DNA of 40,246 bases from a virus (lineage: Duplodnaviria; Caudoviricetes), in IMG/VR virus record IMGVR_UViG_3300027835_000010, positions 1 to 40,246 of that record, one strand, 5' to 3'. Both the position numbers and the translations under genes were made by a program. Shown in pieces: positions 1 through 7,924 of this stretch. The notes beneath the pieces were generated by a model. The model was not told the DNA's origin. It worked only from the letters and a program-made list of their open reading frames with translations, and ran no database searches. The stretch's first letter is position 1. The number at the start of each line of letters is the position of its first letter.

Positions 1-32
1 CCCCCCCAGCACAGAATGAATTGCGCTCATCA

Positions 33-368
33 TCAGATCCTCCGGGGACGGCTGAAGTGATCCCGCTCTCGGCGCCGGGCGATGGCTTCGCATCCGGCTG
101 TGCGAATTTCTTCGGAAAAGGCACGGGTGAAATCAAACCCGATGGCCCTGGTCAAATTCTCGATCGTCAAGGACACGGCTTCGCCACCCTCAACCACCAG
201 ATCAACCCGCTCGGTCTCGATCTCTTCGGCATCGCCGGGCAGCCATCGCTCGGCGCCCGCGTCGAACCGCTCTGACGTCTCCGGACTGTAGCGGGCGGTC
301 AGGCGAAGCATGACCGCGCCGAGGTCGCCGAAGTCGAAGGGGACATCAAGGGAGAATGCCTCAGCCAT
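33..368 (-). CDS. Hypothetical early-left phage protein
   Basis: ORF MAEAFSLDV... preceded by GAGG; overlaps stop of upstream gene; part of a chain of tightly packed leftward ORFs. Confidence 0.6.
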   Translation of the reverse strand: MAEAFSLDVPFDFGDLGAVMLRLTARYSPETSERFDAGAERWLPGDAEEIETERVDLVVEGGEAVSLTIENLTRAIGFDFTRAFSEEIRTAGCEAIARRRERDHFSRPRRI

Positions 369-633
369 GGCACACCTCGCTCGCCGCCGTTTTCGCGGCA
401 ATGCGCGTCAGGGCGGCCGCGCGGATGTCGTCAGCAAAGTGGGCGCCGAAATCGAATCCCGTCCTCTTCGCCAGTCTCCGTATGGAGCTATCCCAATCGG
501 TGTCGCCGTTCTTGAGCAGCGCTATGCCGTACACCTCGGTTTTCTCCGGGGTCCAGCTCACCATCAGACGAATTTCGACCACCCCCATGACGCCGAGATC
601 AAGCAGAGCGTCGTGAAAAAGCGTATCAGCCAT
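361..633 (-). CDS. Hypothetical early-left phage protein
   Basis: ORF MADTLFHD... with GAGG RBS, overlapping the upstream stop codon. Confidence 0.6.
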   Translation of the reverse strand: MADTLFHDALLDLGVMGVVEIRLMVSWTPEKTEVYGIALLKNGDTDWDSSIRRLAKRTGFDFGAHFADDIRAAALTRIAAKTAASEVCHG

Positions 634-835
634 GACGCACCTCGCGCGCCGCCTCGGCGGCGGACAGGGCGGACAGGGCATCGAGCACCTGCTCGCCGCC
701 CAGGGCGTAGCCGGCGCGAAACAGGTTGTTGGCGACCTCGGCGAGGGTCTCGCCGACGGTCATGGGCTGGCCGCTGGTGACCTTGTGATGGGCCGAACGC
801 ACCAGACCGAGAAAGGCGACGCCGGATGGTGACAT
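626..835 (-). CDS. Hypothetical small early-left phage protein
   Basis: ATG at 835 with AGGAG RBS upstream; MSPSGVAFLG...EVRHG; coupled to the next gene. Confidence 0.55.
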   Translation of the reverse strand: MSPSGVAFLGLVRSAHHKVTSGQPMTVGETLAEVANNLFRAGYALGGEQVLDALSALSAAEAAREVRHG

Positions 836-935
836 CGGGGCGGACTCCTGAAATGACGGTTGTGGAGCGGCACCGCTGAATCGATCGGCGGCGCGACATG
901 GGCCGCGACGAAAGAAATCCGCGCGGACAAGGCAA

Positions 936-976
936 CCCGGCCGGCCAGTGACAGCCGGCCGGGCGTTCCCTACACT
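936..976 (+). promoter_or_regulatory. sigma70-like promoter of the WYL gene, with an inverted repeat bracketing its -35
   Basis: GTGACA(948-953)-N17-TACACT(971-976); perfect 10-bp inverted repeat cccggccggc(936-945)/gccggccggg(954-963). Confidence 0.55.
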
Positions 977-1009
977 GCGTTTGCCACAACCAACAGTGAG
1001 GGAAATTCG

Positions 1010-1828
1010 ATGGATTCCGACGCGGCTGCGCCGCCTTCCGGCTTCGACAGGGCAATCAATCCCGCCAACATGGCCAAGCGTTCGCGCACCGAACGCATCG
1101 ACGTGGCCTTCACGGGCCCGAACCGCACGGCGGCCGGCTGGGCTTGGGCGGTGCCCCAATGTTTTGCCGATGCGCTCGACATCAAATTCACGGATTTCTT
1201 GTCCGAGAAAAAATTGATCAGCGCCTGGACTCGCGGTCTTCCTCCCGAAATTCAATTTTCCGCAGGCGACATGATCCATGACAATGCGGCGGCAATCTCC
1301 GCGCCGTGGGGCTCGATTGAGCGCTTGCGCTCCCTGCACGTCAGATCCGCCACTCCCGATCGTTTTGAGGGCGATAGCTGGTGCTTCGGCATGGTCCAGG
1401 CGGAGCTTCTGGAATGGCGGCATGCCGAGATCATGGCGCGCCATGCGGTGGTGTTGCCCCAAGCCAATTTCGCCGAATTCCTTCGCCTCGACGACTTGGC
1501 CGAGGTGCAGGGGGTGCATCCCGCCTATGTCGGCATCCCGCGAGAGCGGCGCCGCGGCCGGCCGCTGCTGCTGCATTACCGCGGCGACAACGGCACAGAG
1601 ACCCGTCGATTTATTCTGGCGCTCGGCACGACCGAGCGGCGCGGGCGCCTGATCCTGCGCGCCTATTGCCGCCTGCGCGGCACATTCCGGGAGTTTGTCG
1701 CACTGCGAATTCTGGAATTGGTCGACGTCATCACCGGCGAGGTCGTCGAACGGCCGGCCGACATCGAGGCGCTTCTCCGTGCTCTGCCGCCGCCCGCAGA
1801 AGCGGGTGATCTGATCGAAACGGCTTAA
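1010..1828 (+). CDS. WYL-domain protein with unrecognised N-terminal domain
   Basis: C-terminal LLLHYRGDNGTETRRFI...LRAYCRLRGTFREFVALRI fits the WYL pattern (Y..xxG..T.R.i...l.ayC.lR...R.F...RI); GAGGGA RBS before ATG 1010. Confidence 0.8.
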   Translation: MDSDAAAPPSGFDRAINPANMAKRSRTERIDVAFTGPNRTAAGWAWAVPQCFADALDIKFTDFLSEKKLISAWTRGLPPEIQFSAGDMIHDNAAAISAPWGSIERLRSLHVRSATPDRFEGDSWCFGMVQAELLEWRHAEIMARHAVVLPQANFAEFLRLDDLAEVQGVHPAYVGIPRERRRGRPLLLHYRGDNGTETRRFILALGTTERRGRLILRAYCRLRGTFREFVALRILELVDVITGEVVERPADIEALLRALPPPAEAGDLIETA

Positions 1829-1892
1829 GGGGTGGGCGGATAGGCTGAACATCTTCCCTTCGTCCTCATGCCTTGTGAGGTATGACGACGTG

Positions 1893-1946
1893 ACGTTAGG
1901 CGACCCCTAACCATTTTGTCAACGAGAATGTTAGGGGCAGCCATAC
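1893..1946 (-). promoter_or_regulatory. PL promoter with two OL operators
   Basis: Minus strand TTGACA(1922-1917)-N18-TAACGT(1898-1893); operators GTTAGG-CGACC-CCTAAC (1895-1911, perfect inverted repeat) and GTTAGG-GGCAG-CCATAC (1930-1946). Confidence 0.75.
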
Positions 1947-2014
1947 ACGACGGCGGCCAAATGCACAGAGTTCTGTGCTAAAGGCCGGCCGCGTCTCTGC
2001 GGCAGAATGCGGCG

Positions 2015-2395
2015 ATGACGCGGCGCGTGCCAAAATTAGCTGAGGATGCCAGCGAGCAAGCACGCCAGGTCCATGCCTTCCTGGTTGGTCGGAATCTGAC
2101 AATGAGAGGGTGGGCGTCGCGAGCGGGTCTCTCGGCAAATGTAATCGGTGAGCTTTTTTCGGGACGCACAAGAAGCCTGAATTATTCGACTATATTGAAG
2201 CTGGCTAAGGCAGCCCTGGTTGACCCTGGCGACCTTGTCGGAAGCATGGCTTTATCCGAAATAAAAGCGAATTCTTTCGTGAGGGTGTGCGATGTTTACG
2301 ATGCAGTCACCTCATGGGCGCGCGACCAAGGTCTAGCGGAGCCGGATAGTATTGCGGCAGAAATTATTGGTCGGCTTGAGCCTGTCGGCGGCTAA
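2015..2395 (+). CDS. XRE-family helix-turn-helix regulator
   Basis: LTMRGWASRAGLSANVIGELFSGRTRSLNYSTILKLAKA is a typical XRE/Cro HTH. Confidence 0.75.
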   Translation: MTRRVPKLAEDASEQARQVHAFLVGRNLTMRGWASRAGLSANVIGELFSGRTRSLNYSTILKLAKAALVDPGDLVGSMALSEIKANSFVRVCDVYDAVTSWARDQGLAEPDSIAAEIIGRLEPVGG

Positions 2396-2768
2396 GGAAG
2401 TCGCCCCCATCCGATCCAAATAAGGTTTTTGTTGGCGATGGCCGCAATCTATGGTAACCACATCACCACCCCAGCCCAAAGGCGGGGGCTCAGGGTGATT
2501 CGCCACCCCTTGCCAGCACCGTGTTAGTCGCACAGTGCCAAGACGACAATTGTCTTCCCGCCGCCCGGCCGGGCAACGGGAAAGGTAGGGGGTTATTCAA
2601 AGCATGACAACAGGGCTTGACCTGGACTGTATTCGGATTGTATTCGCGGAAGGGCTGTTGCGGGCGCAGCCGATTTCTTTTTGCAGCGGCGCGGAAGGGC
2701 AAGGCGACCTCTGTAACTCATGCAATGCGCAGGTGAGAGAGATGCTCTCTGTGCGCGAGCATCTGAGA

Positions 2769-3254
2769 TTAGATGTTCTTGGGCATTTTCATCGAATCGC
2801 GAACGAATGCCAGAACTTCCTCGAAGGAGGGCGGTGCTCCTCTCTGCTTCTCATTGCCGGCTGCCCAGTCGTGCGTGACAAGGATCATGGCAGCTAAGTC
2901 CTCTGGCGTTGGGGCACGCCTGATCTGAAGCAGCGCGTCAAGCACGGCGGCAGCGGCGGTTGCTACACGGCTGCGCTGGAGTGGCGTCTCCTCGGCCACG
3001 ATGGCAGGGAGATCCTCCGGCCCGCGCCCCATGAGCCAGTCAATCGAAACATGAAGCTCGCGCGACAACTGGTCGAGATTGTCCACCGTCGGCGCGGTGT
3101 CCGCGTTTTCCCACGATGACAGGCTAGGCTTCGATATCCCGAGCCGATCCGCCAGTGCCTGCTGAGTTAAGCTGCCTCGAGCCAGCCTTATCCGCCGCGC
3201 GAGCACGTCGCTCCACGGGCGTTTTTCTGCGCGCCTTGTCGGGTCTTTAGCCAT
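2769..3254 (-). CDS. CI-like repressor (XRE HTH, no S24 peptidase domain)
   Basis: LARRIRLARGSLTQQALADRLGISKPSLSSWENADTAPTVDNL HTH; divergent from the cro-like gene; ATG 3254 coincides with the predicted PRM start. Confidence 0.85.
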   Translation of the reverse strand: MAKDPTRRAEKRPWSDVLARRIRLARGSLTQQALADRLGISKPSLSSWENADTAPTVDNLDQLSRELHVSIDWLMGRGPEDLPAIVAEETPLQRSRVATAAAAVLDALLQIRRAPTPEDLAAMILVTHDWAAGNEKQRGAPPSFEEVLAFVRDSMKMPKNI

Positions 3255-3261
3255 GGGCCGG

Positions 3262-3332
3262 ATTGTGCAGGGCGAGAGCCTGTCTGTCATGTTAGGAGTA
3301 CCTTGACAGTTAGATTAGGGGGGCCATAACAT
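3262..3332. promoter_or_regulatory. OR switch: PRM, PR and two operators
   Basis: PRM on minus strand ATGACA(3290-3285)-N17-CACAAT(3267-3262); PR TTGACA(3303-3308)-N18-TAACAT(3327-3332); operators GTTAGG-AGTAC-CTTGAC (3291-3307) and ATTAGG-GGGGC-CATAAC (3314-3330). Confidence 0.75.
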
Positions 3333-3340
3333 CGGTGCCC

Positions 3341-3580
3341 ATGAAGCACGCCCGCAATTACAAGAATGCAGACGCGCCGCTGATGGAAGCCTTCCAAAAG
3401 GCCGGCGGACTTCGTCGTGCAGCAAAGGCGCTCAGTCGGACCCCCGCCTCACTTTCGGGGTGGAAGCGTTGTCCGGCCGAGCATGTCCTGGCCATTGAGG
3501 CTATATCGGGCGTCCCCCGAGAACGTCTGCGACCTGACATTTACCCTCCGCAATTGCAGGGTGGGGGTGGGGATGTTTAG
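3341..3580 (+). CDS. Cro-like repressor (YdaS/Cro family)
   Basis: AGGLRRAAKAL...SLSGWKRCPAEHVLAIEAISGVPRERLRPDIY is the characteristic YdaS-type Cro pattern; divergent from cI. Confidence 0.88.
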   Translation: MKHARNYKNADAPLMEAFQKAGGLRRAAKALSRTPASLSGWKRCPAEHVLAIEAISGVPRERLRPDIYPPQLQGGGGDV

Positions 3581-3733
3581 CATTATCTCCTCGTATTGCG
3601 AGGGTGAAAACCTCGCGTTGCGTCATCAATACGCGCATCTGCGTCACTGTGTTGTGATGTCCGTCACAGGAGCAAGGGCAACCATTGCCCTCCGACGTCG
3701 GGCGGATTGCCGCGGTGTGACGAGGGTGCGGCC

Positions 3734-3985
3734 ATGAAAAAACCCGCCAGGGAATCGGCGCCTGCCCTGCCCTCCCGCCCGGCGCGTGTGCCGCTGTCCG
3801 AGGAGGAATTAACGGCGCACCGCAATTGGCGCCCGCCGGATAAGCCCTGCGTCGTCTGCGACGCCCCGCGCACTCCGATTGGCAAGATTCAGCCCGACGG
3901 CTCCACCCTGTGGTTTTGCGCCACCTGCTGGAAAGAGCTTGAAGCGGCTGAGGTCGAAAGCAAAAAAATGAAAGGGGCCGCCTGA
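3734..3985 (+). CDS. Small zinc-finger protein
   Basis: CVVC...CATC pair; GAGGG RBS; TGATG coupling to the next gene. Confidence 0.6.
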   Translation: MKKPARESAPALPSRPARVPLSEEELTAHRNWRPPDKPCVVCDAPRTPIGKIQPDGSTLWFCATCWKELEAAEVESKKMKGAA

Positions 3986-4254
3986 TGCTGCTCTGCGAGT
4001 CGCGGCGCCCCCCTGCGCCGCTGCCATGCACCGGACACGAAGGCGACGTCTTCGCCTTGCTGTCGAACGCCGCCGAGGAAAACCGGCGCTGCCCCAGCGA
4101 CGCCGAGATCGCGGCACTGTTGGGCTGTGGCGAAGAGGCGGCCGGCGGCATCGTCGCCGCCCTGCAATGCGCCGGACGCGTCCGCCTTCGCTGGTACGGC
4201 AACAGACGAGTCGCCGTCATCATCGCTACCGGCAAGAGTACGGCGCTGCCATGA
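3985..4254 (+). CDS. Small winged-HTH-like protein
   Basis: CPSDAEIAALLG...IVAALQCAGRVRL resembles a LexA-DBD-type winged HTH; coupled on both sides. Confidence 0.55.
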   Translation: MLLCESRRPPAPLPCTGHEGDVFALLSNAAEENRRCPSDAEIAALLGCGEEAAGGIVAALQCAGRVRLRWYGNRRVAVIIATGKSTALP

Positions 4255-5132
4255 CGGTGCTCTCATCGACCTGGGCGCATGACGGCCTTGCCGCCGACCT
4301 CGCCAGCCATCTCCGCGCCGGAGGCGATCGCCTGACGTGGTGCAACATCGCCCTTGGTGGCCCCGGCGACCCCCGGCCCGACGTCTACGCGCTGCGGCCG
4401 TTCCGCTACGCCAACCCCGAGGCTATCTGTTACGAGGTCAAGGTGTCGGTGGCGGACTTCCGTTCCGACGTCACCTCCGGCAAGTGGCAAAAATACCTGG
4501 CATTTTCCCAGGGCATCACCTTCGCTGTCCCGCAAGGCCTGGTGACGGTCGCCGATGTCCCGCCGGGCTGCGGCCTGATCGTGCGCGGTGAACGCCTGTG
4601 GCGCCATCTCCGCAAGCCGACGCTGCGCACCCTCGAGCTTCCGCTCGCTGCCATGTGCAAGCTGATTTCGGCACGGCCCACTCGGACGCTCTCCCCGAGT
4701 ACAGCCTCGATCGAATGGAGTGAGGGCAGCTATCAGCGTCGCCAGATCGAGGACCGCGTCACAGCCCACGCCATGCGCGAAATCGGCCAGCGATTCGGGC
4801 AGGAGATCGCCCAATATCTGCGCGCGCCGGAAGAATCGCGCAGGATCGTCCAGCGAGCCGAGGAACAGGCGCAGAAAATCATAGCCAAGGCCAAGACCGA
4901 GGCCGACTACGTACGCAACGACGGCCAGGCCCTGTTGCGGGAGCTTGCTGGACTCTACGGACTCGACGACACGGTCGGCATCTGGGATCTGAAGCTGGCG
5001 ATGCGCAAGCGCGCCGCCTTCCTGGCCAGCGACGACGCAACCGCCCGGCTGCTGCTGATCCTGCAGCACTGCCGCGACTTCCTCGACGAGGGCATTCAGA
5101 CGGCTGGAATCGGCCAGGATGGCGCGGCATGA
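4251..5132 (+). CDS. MmcB-like PD-(D/E)xK nuclease with helical/coiled-coil C-terminal extension
   Basis: RPDVYAL...YEVKVSVADFRSD...KWQKYLAFS...FAVP matches the MmcB/DUF1052 pattern; ATGA overlap at 4251. Confidence 0.75.
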   Translation: MTVLSSTWAHDGLAADLASHLRAGGDRLTWCNIALGGPGDPRPDVYALRPFRYANPEAICYEVKVSVADFRSDVTSGKWQKYLAFSQGITFAVPQGLVTVADVPPGCGLIVRGERLWRHLRKPTLRTLELPLAAMCKLISARPTRTLSPSTASIEWSEGSYQRRQIEDRVTAHAMREIGQRFGQEIAQYLRAPEESRRIVQRAEEQAQKIIAKAKTEADYVRNDGQALLRELAGLYGLDDTVGIWDLKLAMRKRAAFLASDDATARLLLILQHCRDFLDEGIQTAGIGQDGAA

Positions 5133-6103
5133 AGCGAGTCCTCCTCGTCCAGATTGACGGTCTTGCCTTCCCGAACCTCGCCCTGATGAAGCTGGCGCAC
5201 TGGCATCGCAGCAGAGGTGATACTGTCACCCTGACCACCGATATTGGTCGTGACCTCATAACTCCTGCCTATGACACTGTCTATGGTAGCGCAATTTTCA
5301 AGTCGTCAGCTACCCGCCTTGAGCAATTCTGCTGGCAATGGCCTGATGCCATTGTCGGCGGGACCGGCGTGGAGGGGGCAGCAGTCACTGTCGAGGATGT
5401 AATCGGCGGACCATGGGATGGATACGATTACAGCCTGTACCCGAATTTTACTCCGTCAATTGGCTTTACCCAGCGAGGCTGCAGGTTTGACTGCAAGTTC
5501 TGTGTCGTTCCGACCAAAGAAGGGCGCGTCCGCGTAGCCGCCACAGTGGCCAAAATCTGGCGCGGCCCCGGATATCGACGGAAGATCCTCCTCCTCGACA
5601 ATGACTTCTTCGGCCAGCCGGCCCCCGCATGGCGGGCGCGCGTCGATGAAATTGTCACCGGAAATTTCACCGTCTGCCTGACCCAGGGCGTAAACCTGCG
5701 GCACCTTACCGACGAGCAGGCTGCGGCCTGCGCGGCGATGAAGTTGCGCGACAGCGACTTCAGGCGGCGGCGCCTCTACACCGCATGGGACGACATCGAC
5801 GACGAGGCCGCGTTTTTTCGTGGCGCCGATCGACTACGGGCGGCCGGCTTCCCGCTGCATATGGTCATGGCTTACATGCTGGTCGGTTTCGATCCGACCG
5901 AGACATGGGGGACGATCTTCCACCGCTTCGAGGCCATGCGGTCGCGGCGCATCCTGCCATTTGTCATGATCTACAATCGTGACCAGGCTGTGCCCGAACT
6001 ACGGGCCTTCGCCCGATGGGTCAATCTCGGCCTCTACCGCACGGTTGCATGGGCCGACTTCAATGATCCGCGAAAGGCGCCTGCAGCGGTCGGCCAGGAT
6101 GGC
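5110..6103 (+). repeat. 14-bp direct repeat flanking the radical SAM gene
   Basis: TCGGCCAGGATGGC at 5110-5123 and 6090-6103. Confidence 0.8.
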
Positions 6104-6145
6104 AGTCCGCCGTCCGTGCGCATTTCGGCGCCTTCGTCTCGCTGA
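5129..6145 (+). CDS. Radical SAM enzyme with N-terminal Rossmann/B12-binding-like domain
   Basis: TQRGCRFDCKFC CxxxCxxC motif; LLDNDF; N-terminal PNLALMKL...IVGGTG resembles the B12-binding-like domain of class-B-type radical SAM proteins. Confidence 0.88.
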   Translation: MKRVLLVQIDGLAFPNLALMKLAHWHRSRGDTVTLTTDIGRDLITPAYDTVYGSAIFKSSATRLEQFCWQWPDAIVGGTGVEGAAVTVEDVIGGPWDGYDYSLYPNFTPSIGFTQRGCRFDCKFCVVPTKEGRVRVAATVAKIWRGPGYRRKILLLDNDFFGQPAPAWRARVDEIVTGNFTVCLTQGVNLRHLTDEQAAACAAMKLRDSDFRRRRLYTAWDDIDDEAAFFRGADRLRAAGFPLHMVMAYMLVGFDPTETWGTIFHRFEAMRSRRILPFVMIYNRDQAVPELRAFARWVNLGLYRTVAWADFNDPRKAPAAVGQDGSPPSVRISAPSSR

Positions 6146-6164
6146 ATTTCCCGGAGGCCGCATC

Positions 6165-6410
6165 ATGACTCAAGTCCCGGACGCCAATCCAGGCAACTAT
6201 TACGTGAGTATGCGGCGAAACGGCGGCTATCGCCTTCTTGCCGGCCCCTTCCGCAACGACCATGCGGGTGCTCTCGCGATGGTCGATCGCGCCCGCGTTC
6301 TCGCCTGCGATCTCGACCCATGGTCCGACTTCGACGCATTCGGAACGGTCCGCCTGCCGGACGACAACGTCCCCGGCATCCTCAATGACTTGTTGGGACT
6401 GCCGTCATGA
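6165..6410 (+). CDS. Hypothetical protein
   Basis: GGAGG RBS; MTQVPDANPG...; ATGA overlap with the methyltransferase. Confidence 0.65.
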   Translation: MTQVPDANPGNYYVSMRRNGGYRLLAGPFRNDHAGALAMVDRARVLACDLDPWSDFDAFGTVRLPDDNVPGILNDLLGLPS

Positions 6411-7924
6411 CCATGCTCTTTCCCGAGTTCGCCTCCGCCCGGCGAGCCGCTCCCAGCCGCGAGAAAGCCATCGTACTGTTCGCCGGAGGCGGCGGCTCGT
6501 CCAAGGGTATTCAGATGGCGATCGGCCGTGATCCCGACGACGCGGTCAATCATTCCGCCGACGCCCTGGCGATGCACGCGGCCAACCACCCGGCGACCCG
6601 GCATTGGCAGCAGTCGGTAACCCGGGCCGATCCCGAGGACGTTACCGCCGGCCATCCCGTCGGGCTATTGTGGGCTTCGCCGGACTGCCGGCATTTCAGC
6701 CGGGCCAAGGGCGCCGCGCTGCTCGACCGCAACATCCGGGATCTGGCCTGGGTGGTCGTCCACTACGCCGAGCGGGTGGCGCCGCGCGTCATCATGCTCG
6801 AAAACGTGCCTGAGTTCCTGACGTGGTGCCCGCTGATCCCCAAGCTCGACGAGGCCGGCGCCCCGGTCCTCGACAAGGCGACCGGCAAGCCGCTGATGGT
6901 GCCGGACTCGGCCAAGATCGACGACAAGGGCTTGGGCGAGACATTCAAGAAGTGGCTCCGTCGGCTGCGCGGCCTCGGCTACCGGGTGGAATGGCGGGTG
7001 CTGCGTGCCTGCGACTATGGCGCACCGACAATCCGCCAGCGCCTGTTCCTGATCGCCCGCCGCGATGGTGCGCCGATCGGCTGGCCGGCGCCGACGCATG
7101 GTCCAGGCCGGCCGTTGCCCTGGCGCACCGCCGCCGAATGCATCGACTGGTCGATCCCCTGCCCCAGCATCTTCGATCGGACTCGCCCGCTGGCCGACGC
7201 CACCATGGCCCGCATCTTCGCCGGCCTGCGCCGCTTTGTCCTGGGAAGCGCCGATCCCTTCATCATCCCCGTGACCCATCAGGGCGACCGGCGGACATGG
7301 TCGATCGACGAACCCCTTCGCACCGTCACCGCCGCGCACCGCGGCGAGATGGCGCTCGTGACGCCGTGGATGGCACAGCACAACACCGGCGTGGTCGGCT
7401 GCAAGGTCGACGAGCCGCTGTCGAGCGTGCTGGGAACAGGCTCGCATCAGGCCCTGGTGACCAGCCACCTCCTCACCCTGCGCAACCACGCCGACGGACA
7501 GCGCCTCGCCCGGCCCATGCCGACGGTAACGGCGCAAGGCTTCCACCTCGGCGAGGTGCGCGCCTTCCTGGTCAAATACTACGGCGCGGCCGAGCACGGC
7601 CAGGACTGCCGCGACCCCATGCACACCGTCACCGCCAGGCACCGCCTCGGTCTGGTGACGGTGGCGGGGATCGACTACCAGATCATGGATATCGGCATGC
7701 GCATGCTGAAGCCCCGCGAGTTGTTTCGAGCGCAGTCGTTCCCCGAAACCTACATTATCGACCCGCTGGTCGAGCGGCGCCGCGGCAATAAGACGGTGAT
7801 GGTCCCCATGCCGGCCGACGCCCAGGTCCATTGCTGCGGCAACGCTGTTCCCCCCGTCATGGCCGAGGCCCTGGTGCGCGCCAACCTGCAGGAATGGGCG
7901 CATGTCGCCGAGGCGGCGGAATGA
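6407..7924 (+). CDS. DNA (cytosine-5) methyltransferase, phage type
   Basis: Motif I LFAGGGG, motif IV SPDC, motif VI ENV, motif VIII YGAPTIRQRLF, motif X GNAV; repeated P(L/M)xTVTA units in the variable region. Confidence 0.93.
   Translation: MTMLFPEFASARRAAPSREKAIVLFAGGGGSSKGIQMAIGRDPDDAVNHSADALAMHAANHPATRHWQQSVTRADPEDVTAGHPVGLLWASPDCRHFSRAKGAALLDRNIRDLAWVVVHYAERVAPRVIMLENVPEFLTWCPLIPKLDEAGAPVLDKATGKPLMVPDSAKIDDKGLGETFKKWLRRLRGLGYRVEWRVLRACDYGAPTIRQRLFLIARRDGAPIGWPAPTHGPGRPLPWRTAAECIDWSIPCPSIFDRTRPLADATMARIFAGLRRFVLGSADPFIIPVTHQGDRRTWSIDEPLRTVTAAHRGEMALVTPWMAQHNTGVVGCKVDEPLSSVLGTGSHQALVTSHLLTLRNHADGQRLARPMPTVTAQGFHLGEVRAFLVKYYGAAEHGQDCRDPMHTVTARHRLGLVTVAGIDYQIMDIGMRMLKPRELFRAQSFPETYIIDPLVERRRGNKTVMVPMPADAQVHCCGNAVPPVMAEALVRANLQEWAHVAEAAE

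Noticed and set aside
626-1852. 408-aa minus-strand ORF starting just downstream of PL with a purine-rich RBS
   Set aside because: It is in exact antisense codon register to the WYL gene, a common shadow ORF in GC-rich DNA, and shows no motif. Only its last 69 codons, which have their own RBS, were kept; a short translated leader cannot be excluded.
2604-2897. 97-aa plus-strand ORF with CxxC
   Set aside because: Overlaps the 3' end of cI on the opposite strand by ~130 bp and has no recognisable family.
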